Below, in pieces: positions 54,930-64,000 of a stretch of DNA of 64,000 nucleotides. Position 1 is the first letter of the stretch, and each line of letters opens with the position of its first letter. A model generated the notes under the pieces. It was not told the origin of the DNA, searched no databases, and saw nothing but the letters and a program-made list of their open reading frames with translations. The stretch is taken from the NCBI GenBank assembly GCA_000934665.2, contig KZ538316.1:1-64000 (forward strand), in the 5' to 3' direction. The position numbers and the translations under genes are program-made. The stretch is from Catajapyx aquilonaris (Eukaryota).

Positions 54930-57900
54930 ATAAAACTATTGAATTATCTTTTGCACTAATTTTAGGGTGGAATCTCTTGAGGAGGTTTGGGGGCAACTCT
55001 GTATGCCAAAATTTGCCGGCCAACATAATAATTTTCTGGGAGGGGGGAGTTTTTTTTTTCATCGGCTGCAAAAAGATGATGTTATTCAAGTTAATCTGGT
55101 TTATTTGGTTTATTTATGCAAGATTTTGTAGTCCAAAATTCACGATTTTTTAAGTGAGAGAAAATAAAAAAGCCACCCAGAAACCACGTTACATAGTGGA
55201 AAAACGCTATAGTTTCACCAGCAGAATTTTTTAAAGTTGCCGTACCATATATGGTACTCCCGTCCTATAAGGGTTAAAATATATCGACAAAAACCTACAT
55301 TTTCAAACTATAAATATTTATAAATAAAGGTGACCTGCAACATGTATTGACACGTGGTTTTTTATGACAAAAAATAAACACCGAAAAAGGGTAAAATCCA
55401 CAAATGTTTTTAAAATTTGTAGTTGAATTAGATTTTTGTCAATTTCCGTCACTTTCCTCCCCATAATCGCGATTATATGCAGGATAAGTTTCTCTGGGAC
55501 CAGGGAGACCAAGCATTATGTGGGGATGCGCTATAAGCTGGAAAATTTACCATAGGGCCTAATGGGGCTGATCAAGGGATCAGAAAAAAGGATCGTTAAA
55601 AGAGGGATGGAGTTATATGCGGGAGCGTTATATCAAGGTTTTACTGTAATTGCATATACGTGGGTTGTTTCATAAGTCATGGCACTTTTTTTTTTTTTTT
55701 TTTTTTTCGAAAACGGTAACACATACAGAGATAACCTTTACTCAGTTTTGAAGATCCGGCGATTACAATTGAGGCGTTGATAGGAAAAACAATAGATATC
55801 ACAAAATCACGATTTTGAGAAAAACACAAAAACACTCCTTGTTGGATTTTATTACTAGGTTTTCAAGGGTTACAGTGACTTCTTTATGACACTTGGAATA
55901 TTTTAAAAATATTACTTGCAAAAATGACACAGGCTGCGCCCGATAATCTCGGGCTCTGACACACGATTCGTCGTGAAATTTTTTTGGACATCTGTTGTTT
56001 TCCCTATCAACGCCTCAATTTGATTTGGTATACAGGGTGGTCGGTAAATGGCGCCCAAGCTTCAGGTAGCGAGATTCCTTGTGGAAAACCAGTATAAAGA
56101 AGTGAAGGTCCTATTGCTCTACGATGCCTGGTTAGGGCTCGCGAAGCCTCCAAAGTTTGGCCCAAATTGTTACGTCATATCAGCCTGCGAAATTCAAACA
56201 CTACGTATTGCCACTGCATGTCTGTATGCGATGCGTTGCCACGTTGACATCCCTCGCATTTCCACTCAACAATGGAACCGTATAAACTCGCGGGCATGAC
56301 GGTATGGCAACATTCCTGCGAGTTTATATGGTTCCATTGTTTAGTGAAAATGTAGGCGATGTCAACATGGCAACGCACAGCATATAGTAGTTTTTGAATT
56401 TCAAGAGTGGATGCGATGTCCCTATTTGGCTCAACTTTCGGAGGCCTCGTGAGGGCTAACCACGCATCGCAGAGCAATAGGACCCTTCACTTCCGTATAC
56501 TGGCTTTTCACAAGGAATCTCGCTACCTGAAGCTTTGGCACCATTTACCGACCACCCTGTGTAGATGTCACCCATATCACCAGGGGGGGGAGAGAAGACA
56601 AAAGAGGATCGTAAACCCCCCACCGCGCCATCGCCCTAAGACATACTTGGGAGCTATTGGATGCTGCATGCAGGACACTCGGCGATGGACAACATGGGAC
56701 CTTGATTTCAAGTGTGGGACAAGTCAGAGCACCATGTGCCATCCATCGCCACATTCCGTTCAAGAAAACCATTGCCCTCACTGAGCCAGAGTTCCAATGT
56801 GTTTCGGCAAGGGCAAAGTGGCTTCACCTTTGGGCGTCTGAGAGATGGCGAGAAAGCCAATGAGTACTCCAACTTCCCAGGACCTTTCAGTCTTTCAGAG
56901 TCCTAAGCACAATGCTCTCACTTGTCCCGCATTCAAAGCTCAACAGCTCCAAGAGCGTCAGGCTTAGGGCGTTGGCGCTGTGGAGGGTCATGATTCCCTT
57001 GTTTCCAATCCCCCTTGTGATATGGGTGATATCTATATACCAGATATAATTGTAGTCGCCGGATCTTCTAAACTCAGCAAAGGTCATCTCTGTATGTGTT
57101 ACCGGTTTTGAATTTAAAATATGCGCAATGACTTATGAAACAACCCACGTATTATATGGTTCGTAAAAACAGTTCAGGCTTAAAGATATGCAAAGTTAAT
57201 AACTGGCCTTTCATGTACCTTCAAAAAACCTAATACTGAATGGTCAACTCACCCTCCATCACAAATCTCATCCATAGCCAACATGACGATGTTCAGATTT
57301 TCCAGCAACGCCTTCTTTTCCACATTCTTCCGCAGAATCTGACTGATCGAGTCATACAAACAGTTCAAGATGCTCATAAGGATCAGCTGGAAAAGAAAAG
57401 TTCATCAAGGTTAATCAAATGTAATAAATAAGGGAACACTCCCTTCTTACCTCATTCTCATGTGAGCTGCCCATGACATAGAAGTAGAGATCAACATTGC
57501 TACGATACACACAAGTCAACCCATCAAGCATGATGATTTCCGCATTGGCTCGATGTGTTTTGTTGAAGAGATTCTTCTCAAATGCCTTTTGCTCCTTCGC
57601 CGTTGGGAAAATGTTCTTGTCATAATACTTTGCTAGGATGCGATTTCCATCGTTGTCCAAAATGGCCATCGCCTTCACCATATAAAGCGTTGGTTCCTAC
57701 GTAAACACAAAATGTGTTAATCAAAGTTGTTTCGTATGGGTGAACACAAGCACACTGAAACAGGCTGCACGTCACAATGCAAGCGATCTCCGTACGTTCG
57801 GCCTACCATGACTGATGACAGTACACTTCCAGCTACGCCAAACCATGGGGCATAACTTCAAACTACCCAATGTGGCCTGCCCTTGACCCTTCCACGTCAC

Positions 57901-57974
57901 CACATTCAACCACAACGTAACCGTGCAGCTACCAAATATTTCCAACAAATACTTGCCAACGTAGCGGTGTCCAT
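52303..57974 (-). CDS. COPZ1: Coatomer subunit zeta (zeta-COP), 178 aa, 5 exons
   Basis: Exons (minus): 57974-57957 (MDTATL, GC donor), 57696-57451, 57386-57253, 53423-53333, 52350-52303 (537 nt). Motifs: [98 protein letters not shown] on the minus strand at 52062-67. Confidence 0.95.
53947..55646. mobile_element. pogo/Tigger-type non-autonomous element containing a nested SINE
   Basis: TA|CAGTAAAACCTCGATAT ... ATATCAAGGTTTTACTG|TA, with subterminal gttatatgcggga repeats. Confidence 0.75.
54556..54928 (+). mobile_element. Full-length tRNA-derived SINE with (ATT)n tail
   Basis: Head gggaggaagagtggtgctgcggtaacg...gggtttgatccc, body homologous to the copies at 49053 and 44488, end aagcactaccccgg(att)n. 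Confidence 0.85.
55659..57149. mobile_element. Mariner-like non-autonomous element hosting further nested inverted-repeat elements
   Basis: TA|CGTGGGTTGTTTCATAAGTCAT ... ATGACTTATGAAACAACCCACG|TA. Nested IR units at ~55768-56020, 56033-56559 and ~56562-57035. Confidence 0.85.
56033..56559. mobile_element. Palindromic Tc1/mariner-type foldback MITE (nested)
   Basis: cagggtggtcggtaaatggcgcccaagcttcaggtagcgagattcc / ggaatctcgctacctgaagctttggcaccatttaccgaccaccctg. Arms pair to the centre (~56295). Confidence 0.88.
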
Positions 57975-58350
57975 GTCTGTTCCAGTATTCCTGTGGAAGT
58001 GTACTAGTGTAGTGTGGATGGGATGGTGGAAACGTGTCGCGGTCTAACTTGTAGTTCCACCTACCATCTACCCACAGTGGCGCTGCCTACCTATTCCCCT
58101 GCTGCCATCTGTTGACGACAATTGAGGGCGGGAAGTGCAAACTTATGGCCTCTTATGGCATATGAACACAAGGGGTCAAGTTAAAACCAGGCGTATTGGT
58201 TCACATAACACGGGCTGGATGGTCCAGTAAAAACAATGTAATGTATCCTAATTAAAAGATCGTATTGCAATGTACATTATCACATTTCCTGCAAGCCATA
58301 TAAATGCTTATCTGTTGGGAGAAAACGTCACTGGTTGAAGTGTACAGGTA
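57975..58350. promoter_or_regulatory. Candidate bidirectional promoter shared by COPZ1 and SQOR
   Basis: Head-to-head genes with ATGs 763 bp apart. GGGCGGGAAGT at ~58126. Probable SQOR UTR exon donor CAG|GTAATG at ~58347 and acceptor tttatag at 58720. Confidence 0.55.
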
Positions 58351-58736
58351 ATGGGTGAGTCAATAGTACATTGTCTACCCCGAGGCTTATTTGTCGTTTG
58401 GCATTGGGGGGTGTGGTAAAAATTCAAGGACAGAGCTCTCTGATAGAGGGGGCTCGTAGTGCATCAACCACTTCCCTTTCCTGGCAGTGCAGTGGGCTCG
58501 TTTCAGTCTTGAGTATATCTAGATAATTTTTAAAACTCTGCTGTCATTTGTGTGAATAGTACTTGACAACATTAATAATTTATGGACGTTTCTTAGTTTT
58601 GTGTCTAACGCAATATATTCACTGCGTGAACTTTTTTATTGCGCTTGCGGCAATGTAGTCTACAGATCAATTTCATGCTGTCGGATTATAAATTATAATA
58701 TGGCACCTCTTGATTTATAGCCTGATTGGCTGGAAA

Positions 58737-62637
<3,901 letters not shown>

Positions 62638-62766
62638 CACAGAATGCACAAAACTATTTTCACACAATGGCTTTATTGCACAAAGAAAAACAAAGACGTT
62701 GCGATTTGAACTTTATCAGGTGTGGCTGATTAAAAATAAAGAGATGCATTTCATCAGCTTTTCACT

Positions 62767-63327
62767 TCACATGTAACTTTTAATCAATGAACGCGCAGAA
62801 TCATTCAGCGCAAACTGTAAGATCAACTCGGCCTCAACCGGGTGCAGGTTCCCAACAACTACTAGTGAGTGCAGAGGTGGCCCCATGTCTATGTTCACCA
62901 TGTCCCTTAGTTTTGCAGCTACAACCTTCTGGGTTGCTGTTCCGATACGGGCAGCAGCCACTACGAGGGAGTCGGGAGTCAGCCCCTGTTCTTCTTCCCC
63001 ACGTTCTCCTATGATTTCCATGAGTTGGGCAGCACCCTCCCCTGCGGTCATGAACCGTGGCTCCTGGTACTCGATCTTCTTTGACATCAAGCTTGCTAAC
63101 GTACGCTCCTTCACACGTATGTCTATCAACATTAAAAAGCACATGCTGGTAAGCAGGCCTGATAATAATTTTGTTTAAAAAATTATTTGTGACACGTAGA
63201 ACCTACCTACAAGGCACAACGTGTGTAACTGCCGGTCCAAGTTCCCCTGAATCTTATAGTAGAAGCTGTTTGGCTTCCAATCGTCAGTCCAGAAGGGGAT
63301 AGACACAGTCTCCCCAAAGGTGTAAAG
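62767..63327 (-). CDS. DPH5: Diphthine methyl ester synthase, last two exons (5' part lies beyond the window)
   Basis: Exons 63327-63207 (LYTFGETVSIPFWTDDWKPNSFY...LHTLCLV) and 63122-62767 (DIRVKER...EPRFMT...ARIG...DMGPPLHSLVVVGNLHPVE), with matching phase-1 junction. Confidence 0.93.
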
Positions 63328-63761
63328 CTGTAAAGTATGCCACAATTATAGCTGGCCCAAGCTAAGTATGCACAGCTTTCTGGGTATTTGCAGCCTTCTT
63401 AGCATGGCCAAGTATGGAAAGGAGGAATAGAAAACCCAGAGAGAAGTGCAAACTCAGCTAGAGCCAACAATAACACAACTGAGCTACAAACTACAATTTA
63501 ACAATTTTACTGATATACAAAAATTCCAGGCTGACCCAGCCAATTTGGCCCTGCAGCCCCCAATTTTAACAATACTGTAGTTAACCCTTTGTCTCCCACT
63601 TGATAATGCACTCTTTGGGTGGGGGTTTAAAAATTGAGCCCTAGGTTAAAATCAACGGATTGGCACCATTGGTTTCGCTCTCGATTCATGCACAAGAGGG
63701 AGCTGAAGCGTCTGAGACCTACAAATCCGAGTTTCATCTTGAGAGAGCCATGTACATAGGC

Positions 63762-63957
63762 ACGCAAAAAGAATGTCCGGGGAGAGTCTTCGTTCAGCCT
63801 GGTGGAGGCAAACCATTGCACCTGGGTAGCTAAGGGAGGAGGGAAAAAGCTCAGCAGATAAGCACGGACGTACACACAAGTGTGTGTGTACACATCTGTG
63901 CAATGGTTTGCCTCCACCAGGCTGAACGAAGACTCTCCCCGGACATTCTTTTTGCGT
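63762..63957. mobile_element. Palindromic MITE in a DPH5 intron
   Basis: acgcaaaaagaatgtccggggagagtcttcgttcagcctggtggaggcaaaccattgcac / gtgcaatggtttgcctccaccaggctgaacgaagactctccccggacattctttttgcgt. Confidence 0.85.
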
Positions 63958-64000
63958 CCGATAGTACCGCCTCATATGCTATGAATGAGAAGGTGATGTC

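Overview
Eukaryotic, intron-rich genomic DNA, most likely from an arthropod (inferred from a Galpha-f-type G protein and insect-like MFSD6/jef). Exon chains were reconstructed by hand from splice sites and reading-frame phase. Five genes are complete: MFSD6/jef (-, 13 coding exons, 852 aa), RPP30 (+, 7 exons, 328 aa, one clear U12 minor-spliceosome intron), a Galpha-f-type G-protein alpha subunit (-, 9 exons, 395 aa), zeta-COP/COPZ1 (-, 5 exons, 178 aa, probable GC-AG first intron and a candidate 22-nt alternative microexon) and sulfide:quinone oxidoreductase SQOR (+, 8 exons, 442 aa). The window also holds the 3' end of DPH5 (-) and a decayed C2H2 zinc-finger gene at the left end. Introns and spacers are dense with non-autonomous DNA-transposon derivatives (Tc1/mariner-pogo, PIF/Harbinger, hAT and piggyBac-type MITEs, and long near-perfect foldbacks), tRNA-derived SINEs and microsatellites. 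No autonomous transposase or reverse transcriptase ORF, CRISPR array or rRNA was seen. I found no clear-cut new biological system. The best leads are an inverted-repeat element carrying two tandem tRNA-like Pol III modules, the COPZ microexon, and the unusual RPP30 splicing architecture.
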